Shown here: positions 23,281 through 36,820 of the stretch, piece after piece
Position numbering within the stretch: position 1 is the stretch's first letter
Layout: each line of letters starts with the position of its first letter
The notes under the pieces: model-generated
Databases searched by the model: none
Told to the model about the DNA's origin: nothing
What the model saw: only the letters and a program-made list of their open reading frames with translations
Position numbers and translations under genes: made by a program
Assembly (NCBI GenBank): GCA_030704615.1
Contig: CM060731.1
Coordinates: 61,380,001-61,444,000 of the forward strand
Length of the DNA stretch: 64,000 bases
Direction of reading: 5' to 3'
Origin: Takakia lepidozioides
Taxonomy: Eukaryota > Plantae > Bryophyta

Positions 23281-25985
23281 AACAATGACAGCCTATATTT
23301 TTTCTAGGAAACACCTAACTCAACTTATCACACTAGTTCCTATGGTCAATTGCATCTGCTACTCTTTGTAATCCAACAAGCATTCACCTTTTTGCCTCGA
23401 TTGTCCCGCCATTGCCTGGGGTCAGAAAAGTATCAGAATTCAACATGAAAATTTAGGCCAATTCTGATAAGAGGGAAAAACAGGGTGAAATCTGTTGAAG
23501 AAGGTACCTTCATTAGCAGTGCCTGATTTTATCAATTGAGCCGCTGGTGCTGTGGCTTCCAGTTCACCATCTACCCATGCAGGTTTCGTGTAGCTATCCT
23601 TCCACATGGAATCATAGGTAATCTGGAGCTTGAAATTCGGCCCTCTTGGATGAATTTGGACCCACACTCTATCCCTGCTCCTTCAGCTATCCAGACCTCT
23701 GCACAAATCATGCACACATCCTTGCCTTGCTGCAGCTAGCAGCTGAAGCAGTTGACACTGACGCCCTAACCCTACCTACAGTAACATGTCAAAATCACTC
23801 CAAAACCACCATAGATCCACCAACGAGCTTCTCCTAATCTATGTTATCTGTTTTTGGATACTTTCCTGCTGCCACATCGGCAGTAACTTGTCAAAGTCAC
23901 TCCTAACCACCACAGATCCACCCAACGAGCTAACTTACAGAATTCAATATGCATCTCAGAGCCGAGTCTGATGAGAGGGTAAAATAGGCAAAAATAGGTT
24001 GAAGAAGAAGGTACCCTCACCACATTGTCGACCTTGACCTTGTGTCATGACCCATGGAGGATTTGACAGACCATCAACCCAAAGATCCTCTTGTGTGTGC
24101 TACTTGTGTCCATCGTCAGGAACTGTCGGATTGGTTTGTGAGAACAACCACGGTGCAGCTGAGCAGAGATTGAAACACGGCCTGCTAAGACCAAGCTCTC
24201 TCCCAAGAACCTTGTAAACATCAGGAAGAATACCAAATCATGGTACTAACAGGAGCCAACAGCCCACATTTACATGATGGACAAACTTCTTCACACCGTA
24301 CATTAAGAAAAAGCCACACCTTGCGATTGCGGTTGTCGCACCATCGTGAAGGATCTTTACAAAATTCATGCCTGCTCTGCTCTGTGCTGCAAATTCAGGG
24401 CCAAGTTTGATGAGCGGGCAAAACAGGCTGAAAGAAGTCGAAGAAGGTGCCCTCACCACATTGTCCTCGACCTTGTGTCATGACCCATCGAGGATTTGAC
24501 TGACCACCTCTTGTGTGTGCTGCTTGTGTCTATAGTCAGGTAATGTCGGATTGGTCTGGGAGAGGATTGGTCTGCGAGAACCACCACGATGCAGCTGAGC
24601 GGGCGGAGATTGAAACACGGCCTGCTAAGACCAAGCCAATTCTCCCAAGAACGCTGTAAACATCAGGAAGAATACCAAATCATGGTACTAAAAACCCACA
24701 TTGCAGGATGAACAAACTTCTTCACATCGTACATTAAGAAAAGCCACACCTTGCGATTGCGGTTGTCCACCCAAGCTATTGCATATCCTGCAGATCCTCC
24801 CACGCAAACATAACAAAACGATCAAGTCCCATAACTTACTCATCGCTGAACGCAATCCCGCAACCCTAAATCCATTTTGAATTATTTGGATGAATGTATC
24901 GTAGATGGATGGATCTTGGGTTTTCCATCAATCTATCCATCCATTCATTTAATTTTCCGTTCATCCAATAGTTGCCAGCAAGACGTTTGCTTTATCGTTC
25001 ATTCATACGTTCATCCAGTGCGCACAAATTATATTTCATACGTTCATCCAACAGCTGCCAGCAAGGCGTTTGTTTATCATTCGTTCAGATAATTCAGTTG
25101 TTTTGTTTCACTAACCTTTCATACGTTCATCCAATAGTTGCCAGCAAGGCGTTTGTTTATCATTCGTTCAGATAATTCAGTTGTTTTGTTTCACTAACCT
25201 TTAACCAGCACACGATTAGTTTACTATTAATGTGTTGGGTCAGTGAAAAAATAGTTAAATGTTTTTACTTCTTATTATCCACGTATATATTGTTATATAT
25301 AGTTTATATATTGTGAATACACATGCCATTGCTTAATTGGTTGTCTCAGTCAGCTCATTTTAGGTAGTCAAAATCTCTAACTACAGTCAAAATTTTCGCG
25401 GTTGTCTAGCACCTCGAATATTTTAATATAAATTTTGACTGCAAAATGGTTGGAACAGTCGAAAGTGACAACAGTCAACGCCAGCGTCAAACTAAATCGT
25501 CGAAATTACATAGGGTGTGTTGTAGTGCAACCTGAAAGGAATCAATAGTTAGTTTGGGGTACGACACTGTTTTTGAAACCCATGTCAAGGTTCTTTTTTT
25601 GTTTAGAATAAACCCATTCAGTCGTCTCTCTTGCTTTAAACAGAGAGAAATGAAAGCAAGAAACAGTGTGCGGCACTGCACATTGTTTCTGGCCCCTCTC
25701 TTCAATTAGGGATTTTCATGTGGGAAGTGTGCACCAAGCCCTATTCCTCAAACTTCCATGAAGGTGAAATGGTAGCACGAAACAGTGTGCAGTGCCGCAC
25801 ACTGTTTGTGCCCCTGTACAATGATATATTTTGATGTAAGAGGAAGCCCTATAAGAATGTCCCTGCACATTTGAAACTTTGTGAAAACACAAAAAAAGGT
25901 TTGAGTTTGAAGCTCTGTAAAGTGTGCGGCACAACACACTGTTTCTGGCCCCTCTCTAATGGCCATTTGAATGTGCGTGCAGGAG

Positions 25986-27307
25986 AAGATGCAAAGAGTG
26001 GAGGATGAGAACCCTACAGTGCAGGAAGATGAGAACATTGTTGATGTGGACGACAAGTTCTATGAAAGCAAAGCGGCAGAGATGCTGGGGGGTCAGAAGG
26101 TCAATTCGCAGCTTGTGGTTCAAAGTATGCTTGCACCGGGTGGGAGGTTGAAGATTCCCCTGTGCAGGTTGGTTTCCATGCCCGTCGTTCGTCCACCCCT
26201 CATCAAGGACATCCAGAAGCTAGAGGCCGAGTTTGTTCATGGGTATTTGGATGGATCCACAGTGTTTTATGTTTCTACTAGGGATTCCAGAGGCAATGAG
26301 CTTCTTGTGGATGAGTCAATCACGGACTCTTGGGATCCCATTTGGAGACATGTGAATGAATCCTTCAAACTTCTTCTATCCAGGAAACCTTCAACGCAAG
26401 CATTCTCAGGGAAGACGTTTCACGTATGGGATGGCAACCACCGGTTGCTTGCATGGATGGCTGTCATTGGGAGGCTGCACTCACAGGAGGAAGAGTGGCA
26501 TTACTGTGTTCGATCGATGGTCCTGGATTGTGACGGGAACATGATGGGTCTTCTGACGGCAATGAATGATGTGAACAGGTTGGTTGCTTGAGCAGTCTAC
26601 ATGTTCCGGTTGTGGTTCCGTGGTTCTTTGCTTCCAATCTTCTGTTTTTGGTTCTTGAATTTCATTTTGACTTTCACAAATCAATCTGCAAAGGGACGGA
26701 GACATCGCATGTCAAAACGAGCTTGGCACACACTCTGTACAGGATACAGAGGATCGGGCAGATGCCCTTGAGCAACTTCAAGTCCATTTTGTCAGCAGAG
26801 ACGTACATGAAGTGCGAGAGTTCCAAGACATCAGAAACATGGTACTCGTTGACCCACGAGGCTTTCATGGAGTGTATGTACACGGTGAGATACATCTTCC
26901 ATCATCTGGCCTTTGGGTATTTCTGCTTTGAGGACTTTGTTTCTATTTGTTTCCCTTGCCCTTGTGTTAATGCATTTGTCGTGCATTCTCTTGCAGCAAG
27001 ACATTGCAGATGTAGGCCAGCGTGGCAAACTGGAATACTACAGTTCTACCCTGAAGAGAGAAAGACAACAAAGGGGGTTGATAGTCACATCAAGCAAGAG
27101 ATGGCCACCACCAGAAAAAATATTATGAGTGTTTTTGTGAAGCAGCTGAGAATTGCAGACCCAACCTTCGGACCAGAGTTCATTCCAGAGGTGAAAAACC
27201 ATTTCAACAAACCAGGAAAGCCGGAGATGGCCCAGGAGAAGTTGCACAGGTTGTCTACCGCCATTGTGTCTTCAGAACATAAGGTGAAATGGCTGCATAT
27301 GGAACTC
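25986..27307 (+). pseudogene. ParB-methyltransferase gene copy 2, 5' exons (ParB-like domain)
   Basis: LKIPLCRLVSMPVVRP...FHVWDGNHRLLAW...AMNDVN and IADPTFG..QEKLHRL align with copy 1. Palindromes upstream at ~25661, 25780, 25920. Confidence 0.85.
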
Positions 27308-28199
27308 TGACGAGCCCTGAGCGCGCGCGGTCAGGGTGACGACATATTAGTCTAGGGGGGGACGTGGTAAGTTGCGGTGTAGGTTGGGCTCACTAAACCG
27401 CCTACCCGACTGTGGTTAGTGCAGGGGGTCTGTGGTCGTACATGATGGCTATGATCACTGTCTAAGTCCTACCGGCAAAGATAAATCACGTACTCCTCTT
27501 CAGAGAGCGAGTTTGCGTTTCTAAGTCCTACGGTATCCTACAATCTACTCAGTAACTGCCTTCCAAGTCTTTGTATTTTATTGTTTAATTCCTATCGCCT
27601 AGGGCCCCGAGCCGCCTATAGCCAGGACATGTTTTAATCCCTTCACAAGGGACCTGCCGAGCCTAGAAGAAGAGGGAAAATCTTCCTCTCCCAATGCCCC
27701 TCCTTCACCGAGTGCTTAAGTTCAAATCTCTGATGGAAATGCCAATGCTTCCTACCCCAGTGCCTAAAATACTTTGTCTTAGCAAAGAAGTGGCCAAAAT
27801 ACCTATCATAATCCAATGGGTTCACCAAGTTCAATAAGGTGGTTCTAAGCCCCTCAAATCAATAAGTTCAATCCGTTTAATCAATGCCCTTCAGGCTATA
27901 ACGTGCACCACGTGCATCTATCTTATTTAAATTTCGTAAATCAGAAATGCTGGAAAATAAAAGAAATTAAGAAAATCAGGAAAAATACCTCCCCATTGGG
28001 AAATCATGTGGGGAATCCAAAGATTCCCTTGGCGCCTAAAGATGCCCTTGGGAACCCCGTGGGAACCTAATGAGAACCAAAGAACACCCGGGAACCGTTC
28101 CCTGCCGCGGGGAACTGCCGCGGCCCTATCGGATGAATGAATCTCGCTGAGAGCTCACCCCTGCCACTACATTCGAGGAGATGGTACCGTGATGGCATG

Positions 28200-29226
28200 C
28201 ATATGTCTTTTTGTGTATCTTGGCATCGGGAGGTCAGGTTGGACCTACAACAGGGATGACTGTAGACGGAGTGTCTGAGGACCCTGAGGCTAGTGATGAG
28301 TCAGGTGGTGCCAGAGATATACATGAGGATTCGGTTGTGTTGGACTACCTCCGCACTGGAGACACGGTAGCTAGTGTGACTGCCAAGGAGAGGGATCGGA
28401 TCCTGCAACGAGCCAAGAGGTTCAAGTGGGAGGGGATACACCTGCTTCGAGTGTGGGAGGATGGTCGGGTGAGGATTGTGCCTCACCCAACCCAACGTGC
28501 ACGGTTAGTGTGGCATGCCCATGAGGAGTTGGGGCATTTTGGAATGTGACGCACTCATAGTCTACTGCAGGGGCAGTATTGGTGGCGTGGTATGCACACA
28601 GATGTGCAATGGTTTGTGGCTAGGTGCATGGTGTGTGACAGGGTGCGTGCTTCCTTCAACGTACCTACACCATAGTTGCATCCTTTACCCATCATGGGAT
28701 TGGGCTACAGGTGGAGTCTTGACTTCGCAGGGCCGTTGCCACTGACGATGCGCCACCACAGATATGTGTTGGTGATGGTGGAGCACTTCTCCAAGTGGAT
28801 TGCGTTGGTTCCATTGCCTGACAAGGCTAGTGAGGGGGCTGCGTATGCATTCCTGGATCGTGTGCTTAGCCGATTCGGTGCTCCAGCTGAGGTACTCACG
28901 GACCAAGGGAGAGAGTTCTTGGGGGAGTTTCAGGCTTTGTGTGATAAAGCCTTGATAGATCACCGTACCACTTCTTGGGATCATCCTGAAGCCGATGGCT
29001 TGGCAGAGAGAGTGGTGCAGACAGTGAAGAGGGGTTCGCGCAAGTATGGCTTGCAAAAGGGACACCTAGGAGATTGGGATCTTCAGGTACCTTGGTTAGC
29101 CATGGGCTACAGGTTTAGCAAGCAAGCATCACTTGCCTCATTCTCACCATATTTCTTTCTCTTTGGCCGAGATCCGGATTTGTTTGCATCTATTCGCATG
29201 AAGGCTGCAGTAGTCCTCAACCTTGA
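28200..29226 (+). pseudogene. Gypsy-type DDE integrase (HHCC + core), 3' part deleted
   Basis: HEELGHFG..CMVC; WSLDFAGPLP; VLTDQGREF; ADGLAERVVQTVK. Confidence 0.92.
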
Positions 29227-30176
29227 TGTTGAGTTTGAGTGTAGTAGGGACAGTGGTGGAGGACTTAGTGAGGCTATGGCCATTATTACATCTTGTGGCT
29301 ACTTGGACTTAGAGGGACCTAAGCGCCAGCTAGGGGGGCAATTGTGATGGACTAGTGGTTGCACTAGTGGTGGCTAGTGGCAGCCTAGTGGTTGGACTAG
29401 TGGCTGCACTAGTGGTGGCTAGTGGCAGCCTAGTGGTGGACTAGTGGCTGCACTAGTGGTGGCTAGTGGCTGGTTAGTGGCAGACTAGTGGCTGCACCAG
29501 TGGTGACTAGTGGTTGTCTAGTGGCAGCCTAGTGGTGCACTAGTGGTGGACTAGTGATAGACTAGTGTTTGGTGTGCACATGTGTTGTGTGGTTGTGGAC
29601 AGCGATGTAGTTGTGTAGCGATATGTATGCGCACGACAGCTGTCAAGTTATTTTATCACTAGTGTGAAACTAGCTAGGAAATAGTTAGTTTTGATATATT
29701 GACATTTGGGATTGACCCAAGTGTCAATCCAAGGACCAATATATGTTTGGGCACCTGACGTTGTTATCTTCATGGCAGATCGCGGTGGGCTCTCTTTCTC
29801 GAGTTAAGCCTCACCGCGTCTAGCTATGGCGTTGTAGTGTGGATTCATCGTGGCGTGGGGTGCACTTGGCTCGACTTAATATGAGTGATGTTTTCATGTG
29901 CAAGTGTGTGATTTTGAGAAAGCTTGCATCCTTCATTTCTTTATCATTGTGATGGACTAGTGGCAGCCTAGTGATAGACTAATGGCTGCACTAGTGGTGG
30001 CTAGTGGCAGCCTAGTGGTGGACTAGTGGCTGCACTAGTGGTGACTAGTGGTTGTCTAGTGGCAACCTAGTGGTGCACTAGTGGTGGACTAGTGATAGAC
30101 TAGTGTTTGGTATGCACATGTGTTGTGTGGTTGTGGACAACGATGTAGTTGTGTAGCGATATGTATGCGCACGACA

Positions 30177-30384
30177 CAATTACAGCCAATGAAACATCGA
30201 AAGAGAACGATAGAAAAGCGAAAAGAAAGTGACACAGCAAAAGACATCATACCTGGCTCCAGTAAGTTGCCTTGTGAAGCCATGTGTCCATCATATTGTC
30301 ACTGCCTGGAATGAGACGTTGGGTCTTCTTCTCTTTCTCTGGCCTGGGGAACATGTGGGTGTCCCTAACAGTGGGATCGGAGTT
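30177..30384 (-). pseudogene. Displaced, inverted exon of ParB-methyltransferase copy 2
   Basis: DPTVRDTHMFPRPEK...MMDTWLHKATYWSQ|GT aligns with copy 1 QSTRDMWSFPKSDK...FDMWMNSMTWWFQ|GT. Confidence 0.75.
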
Positions 30385-32773
30385 TGTAGATGCATATATT
30401 GGTACATTTTTCTTTCAGATCGTTTTTTATCATAAGATAAACGGTTTCCGCATTGTACTACCAAAACATGTTAGTTTGTTAGTTGTCTGAAAATCGTTGG
30501 TAAAGCACGTAGGAAATTAGACAGTGTCTGCGACGACCGAAGAGTGGAACTCTGGCGTCAAGATGACAGTAGGAAGCAGCATCGACAGCAGATTAGGCTG
30601 CCAATTCGGTACCAGAAACGGCGAGGTAATCATGTTCGGACATTATAGGACAACTGTTCCAGTCCCAGATTGCGATCTCTCTTTTCTCCCACCTTTCAAG
30701 TCCAGTAGGAACACACGGCAAATGAGCTTGGCAATTGGTGGAAGCGACATGTACAGCGATGAAATATCGCAACAAAACAATGGGTCGCATCGGAATGACA
30801 GCAGGTCAGGACGACTTCAAACGGCAAAGCGTGGACTTGTTAGCGGTGTGGGTCAACTGGAGGGGACTCCAGACAACCTATGACTTGGTGGCAGGGTCAA
30901 AGACCCAAGAGCCATCACCAAGGATTTGATTTCCAAAAATATCACAAAATTTGTGTGTAGCGAGAATACGACGAATGGCGAAAGGTGCAACTTTTTACCA
31001 CCGATGGAGCTGAGAATTTACAGGCTGATACGGGGTAAATAATTGTAGTTTGTCACCAAGTTTGGTGATTTATGGAGCTAATTAGCAGTGGGACCAAATT
31101 ATTGAGTCGACGGCACTCACATGGCCTACTTCTTGGATGGATGAAAAATCCTGGAGTTCGGCTTGAGGAGCTGGATGGATGAAATGACAACTCGTGCCAA
31201 CTGGTCATCCAATTGGATGGATGCAAAGCCAATTTTCATTATAGATCCTCCAAGGAAACAATAGTTTAATGAATATTTTCCATTAGTTAACAGTATAAAA
31301 GAATGGCAAGGCTTCTCTTGTTCTTCATCTAGTTCTTTCTCTTGCTTAGTTTCATCTTGTTGTTGTAGTGTTTGCTAGTTTGAGGCTTGAGGAGGCTAGA
31401 TCCTAGGGAGTGGAGCTTGAAGCTCCATAGTTAGGTAGAATTCTTGTAAGCTAAGGCAAGTGGCCTAGCTTGTGGGCCTTTGAGCCATTTCATTTGTGAA
31501 GGAAGAGGGCAATTTCATGTGGAGGAAAATAACTTGAGGACGAGTAGGAGGGGCTGGTGTGGACTTATGGACGAGAGCCCAAGTGGAGGCAGCATAGAGT
31601 ACCATTACTTGAGTCGATAGAGCATCCCAAGCACTCTCGCATATAAAGGTTGATCCCATCTTACCATTTCACCATTTATGTATGTGATTCATTTATTTTC
31701 CAAACAAAGCTTGAAGTTGAAAATCTGATTTAGGCTCTTCAAAAGAGGAGAGTGCATTGTGGAATCCCACTATTTCATGTCTAGAATTGACAAGGGGAAT
31801 AACCCCATAGCCTATTGGAAAGGGTACCAATAGAGGCTTGTATTTGAATTGTTTGAAGAAGGAAATTTTGTGTTTTTGGTTACTAATTTGAAATATAGCC
31901 AGCTCCGGAAAAGAAAGGCCAGCAGACTGGATCTATGATATAAGGCTATAAGGTCACCATGTGCTAATCCCCCCCCCCCCACTAGCAAGCCATGGAGGCC
32001 AAGGGGAGGGTGGGTTGTATTTTTTTGTCTTGGGGTTTGGGCGGGCTAATTTCATTTGACAGCAGCTGCCCCAAAGTCGCGAGCAGCCCGGGAGGAGCCC
32101 GGGTGTTGCGCCTAGAGAGTAGGTGCACTCGATTACTAAAAGCGTGGAGGCAGCCGTGGCATGGCCCAGCCACAACGTACGGGGAGCGGGGCCCCAGCGC
32201 TGACCTTAAGTCGTACTGAGATCAAGTACATCAGCCGCATGGCTTAGGCGTGAGGCCCTGAAGCGTGCGAGCCGGGGGTGGGTCTTTACCTGCAGGATAA
32301 CCAAGAGCTGAGACGGACCGGCGGACGCCGGCGTTAACCGCAGCGGTCCACGGCTTGGACCACTACGCACGGATCTACGCCCCGCCACGTGGCGGGGGCG
32401 TTTTACCCAGCGGGCAATGCGTCTGCAAATTCCCTTAAAGGGGGGTATTCTTACCTTTAGCTATTAGATTCAATTTATACCCTCTAGGGGTTATGAGCCA
32501 TTATCTAAGGCGCCAGAGGTAGATAAAATCTAGGATTTTGGGAGGACGTAGCCTTGGAGGGGAGCATTTTTATGACTCCAAGAGAGAGCCAAGCGGGTCT
32601 GTGAGCAGTGAGCTAGAGGCGGAGACCTCGAGAGACAAGGGATGAGAGAAAGTATTTTGTCCTAAAAACTCGGCTACAGTGCACCTTTGTGTCAGAGCCC
32701 AAGGTAGAGGATGACTTTTTCCACAGAGGGAAAGTGCACCAGCGCCTTAAAATAATGTAAAGGGGTGAAATCT

Positions 32774-33606
32774 GGCGCTCCAGTGTCATCCTGCTGGCTC
32801 GTGCATGGATTGCGACTCAATCTATCCGCATCCCTATTGACCAAACCCGGTCGATGCACAACCTGAAAGTCATACTCTTGGAGTATAAGTGCCCACCGTG
32901 CAAGCTTCCCCGTAAGCTTGTCTGACTCCATCAACCACTTGAGTGGCTGGTGATCCGTAATAAGGGTGAAGAGATTGTTGTATAGATAGCACCTGAAGTG
33001 TGCTACGGCCCACACTGCAGCTAAGCACTCCCCCTCATATGAGCTATATTTAGACTCTGCAGCGTTGTTCGAGCGGCTATCATAAGCCACTATGAACTCT
33101 CTTCCCTCATCATCCACCTGTGTGAACACCGCTCCAAGCCCCAGCATGCTCCAATCTGTATGCAGTTGAAAGGGACGCCCCCTGATAGGTCGTCTCAAGA
33201 TGGGCGTCGAGGTCAACCTCGCCTTGAGCTCCTGAAAAACTCGCTCTTGCTTATCTTCCCACTGTCACTCCTGGTCTACCTTGGTTAGCTTGGTTAGAGC
33301 TTTTGCAATAGCACTAAATCCCTTGACAAACCGTCTATAGTAGTTTGTCAACCCCATGAAAGCTCAAACTCGGCTCACATCCGTGGGGCGTGGAATCTGT
33401 GCAATGGCCTCTACCTTAGTCTGCTGCACCCCCAATCCTCTAGGATATATCATGTGGCCCAGGTACTCAATCTGGTTGTGGAAGAACTTGCACTTCTCCG
33501 GATGTAATTTCAATCCGTGCGCTCTCAAGCACTCAAATACCACCTGAAGGTGTCTCTCATGCTCCTCCACCGTAGCACTAAAGATGATGATGTCATCTAT
33601 ATAGCA
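32774..33606 (-). pseudogene. RT C-terminus and RNase H of copy 2
   Basis: YIDDIIIFS; FQLHTDWS; YSSYEGECLAAVWAV; TDHQPLKWL; ADRLSR. Confidence 0.92.
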
Positions 33607-36600
33607 GGCTTCCTCAGTCATTCACATTGGCAGAAACAGTGTCGACGCCGTCCATGGCACCTAGATCTCGCCCGACTGTTACCAAGGCGGAGGTTACTAT
33701 GCCATTGGGGAGAATTACACGGGCAACACCACTACCTAGTGTTGCCAAGGCTACGGCAGCTAGTGTGTTGCTGGGGGCAGCCACATCTGTGTGTCAGGCT
33801 CCATTGTTCTCGGCTACCATGATTGCGTCGCCGGGGGTAAGACCAACTGAGGTGTTCAGGCTGGCAGCAACACTCTGTGAGAGTGGGGAGGTTACTTCAT
33901 CTTCTGCGGAGATAGTGGGAGGTGTAGTATCAGAGGGATCCTCGGATGTGAGGGTCAAGACTGCCACGGCGGCGCCATGGCAAGCTGCAGCTGCCAGGTG
34001 GGCGGAGCTGCTTGCTAGGCCAGCCATTGAGCGCGCCATTGTGACACTTGGAATTGTCATGTTAGTCACAACCAGGATGACATTTTCTATTTGAGTGGAC
34101 CGGCAAGCAAGAGGTACCGGCCACTGCGGGTCTTGTTGGACTCGGGAACTCAGCCATTGATGCTGGGCAGAGCAACTATTGCAGGCTTGGGCCTCACGGA
34201 GGTGGACATGGAGCCTTGTGCTTTCCAAATACATACATCTCTGGAAGGATTAGAGGAGGCTCGGGGCATGGCACGGCATGAGTTGGCTATCAGACTACAG
34301 CCGGATCATCCTACAGATGGCTCAGTGATGAGAGCCAAGGCCATTGTGACAATCGCGGTATCGTATGATGTCCTTGTTGGTGGGGCAATGTTGTACCCCA
34401 TGGGCTTCACCCTGGATTTTTGGGAGGAGTCAGCTTCCTATAGGCCTGGATGGCAGTCAGGGGAGGGCTGGCGTGTGCAGCTCCCTGTGATGTTCATAGG
34501 AGGAGTTGCGGTTGCCCAGCGAGGCAAGATGCCGACACTGGCAGTATTCACAGTTGCAGTGAGTTGGTCTGGAGAGTTGCTTGAGGGCAACGCTCATTCA
34601 GAGGATGTGTCACCTTCGGGAGAGCAAGATGACATGTATGGTATGGTGGAATTACCTGCCATGGTTGCTCACACTCCATTGTGGGGCTCGAGCAAGGATT
34701 TGCAGCGGGTTGCTGATTGTCGTGTGCAACAAGCCTGGGTAGAGGCTTTTGTACCGTCAGGACAGGAGGACAGTGCGGGGATTGCACCTGGACCACCTCA
34801 ATTTTCACCATTGGAAACCACACCAATCGTGTGGCAGTGTCCGGATGAAGGCATTTGCCTAGCCTTCTGCACTTGTTTGGCGGGATCAACACCGGATTGG
34901 CTGCTGTGTTACAGGCAAGTGTACGGGTACGACATTACTTGTATGTGGAGAGGGATGAGACTGCACGACATATCTCACTCCGTCATGTTGCTCAGTTGGT
35001 GTAGCAGTACCCTGAGTTGTTGCCGGTGTCTGCAGTTCGTGGATATCAGCAGTCCTTGCCAGTAGACATTTCGTTGCTGGGGGTGTAGGATTTGGAGCGG
35101 GTTGGCTCCATTGATTTGGTAGTGGCAGGTTGGCCCTACCAAGGGCATTCATCAGTCGGGCATGACAATGAATTGCGAGACTCGAGGTCAGGTCTGTTTT
35201 GGGAGATGGTGCGGGTTTTGCGCCACTTACAGCTTCATCAAGCTGTATCTCCAGCATATATATAGGAGAATGTGCCACTGTTGGGCGATTCTCAGGCCAG
35301 GGTGATGGCTAGGGTGATGGCCAGTGTGCATCAAGTCCGGTTGTGGCTTGGGTCAGCGTGCAGTGTTGCTGGATGCAGCTGCAATGGGGTCACATGCTCA
35401 TCGTCCACGGTTATGGTGGACTAACTTGATGCCACCTGCACTGCTCAAGCATGCATTTGATGGGGTGCAGCGGCCAGCACACCTCATAGTGGATAGCATT
35501 TTGGGACACAGGGAGGCAGTCTCAGCGTGTAAGACACGATGACCGTTCGCCTTTGGCAGTGATCAACAAGGTGGATCAACCACGAGCAGCACTACCTACA
35601 CTTCTCAACTTCCCAGGATGGCATGCTTTCCGGGATAGTGGACCTGGCCTCCTGTGGGATGCTCAGTTGCAGCAGTTAGTGGAGCCTAATGCCGATGAGC
35701 GAGAGCGGGCTATGGGATTTTTCCACTGGGACCACGGCGGTGCCTTCTCTTTGTGATGCATCACGTCGTCAGGTGTTGGGGCAAGCGATGGATCTCAATT
35801 GCTTGACCTGGATTATCAGCTTGGCTATGGCTGAGCAACGTAGAGTGCGGAGTGCACTTCCCTTGACGGTCTCTTTGCCTACCGAGACGGTATAGGCAGT
35901 GAGTGGGGGCGAGCCGGTGAGGACCACGGGGTGCAGACATTCATGGCACACGTGGGAGGTGCTCGAGGTTCAGAAGGAGTTGGCAGCCAAGGCGGCTGTG
36001 ATGGATGAGGTTGGGGATTCTTCTCTGGTTGAGGAGGTCCTCAAGGATGACATGATGGGGCAGGATGAGGCCTTGTCATTGACTGAGCAGGCAGGGAGTA
36101 CTGCTCAAGAGGTTGCGGCATAACAACCACGGGATGCGTCCTCTACCTCTAAGTTTGCTAGACTTAAGGTTGCAGTTACGGAGGACAATTGGGAGCCTGA
36201 TATTGGACCCATTGTCACTGGAAGAGAGAGATGACGTATATGGTGGTTCCTGAGGGCTTACAGGAATTGCTTTGCCTTCAGTTTGAAGGATTTGGGAGCA
36301 CTGAAGGGTCAGGAGATTCGTATTGAGTTGGTCACGGACACGCCAATCTTATGGAGACCCTATAGATACAGTGCCATGGAGAGGTCTTTGATTCAGATGA
36401 GGACTCAAAATCTCTGGGAGGCTGGTTTGGTGGAGCTCTTTGGCGGAGAGTATGCTTCAGCCACAGTGATGCCAGCCAAGAAGGAGGTCTAAAGCAATTG
36501 GACGGAGAGACGTATGTGCGGTGATTACCGGCCTGTAAATCGTCAGACCAAGTCCGATAAGTATGTCATGCCCACACCTGAGGAGATCTTTGATGCCATT

Positions 36601-36820
36601 GGGCATGCCAAGGCCGTCTTTAGCACTTTGGACTTGCGGTCCGGATATCACCATTTGCCGGTCAAAGAGGCGGACAAGCAGAAGACGACATTTTGGGGAT
36701 CAATGAGCACGGGAAGGATTGCCTATATCAGTGGCGGTTCTTACCATTCGGGCTTAAGAACGCTCCTGTAGAGTTCCAGAGAGTCATGGACAGAATTCTA
36801 GCAGGGGTGGACTTTGCTCA
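33607..36820 (+). pseudogene. Inverted pol segment: aspartic protease, C5 DNA methyltransferase, RT N-terminus
   Basis: VLLDSGT (~34135); MTase motifs at ~34860-35800; MCGDYRPVN, DLRSGYH, PFGLKNAP. Confidence 0.88.
34860..35810 (+). pseudogene. Retrotransposon-encoded C5 cytosine methyltransferase (DNMT3/DRM-like motifs)
   Basis: LHLFGGINTG (I), YVERD (II), IDLVVAGWPYQG (IV, PCQ decayed), ENVP (VI), AHRPRLWWTN (VIII), ERERAMGF (IX), RQVLGQAMD (X). Confidence 0.88.

Larger units (their letters stand above)
27308..32773. mobile_element. Non-coding TG...CA insertion with 5-bp TSD, split by inversion (27308-~28174 and 30385-~32773)
   Basis: AACTC at 27303-27307 and its reverse complement GAGTT at 30380-30384 flank TG starts. 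No recognisable ORF. Confidence 0.55.
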
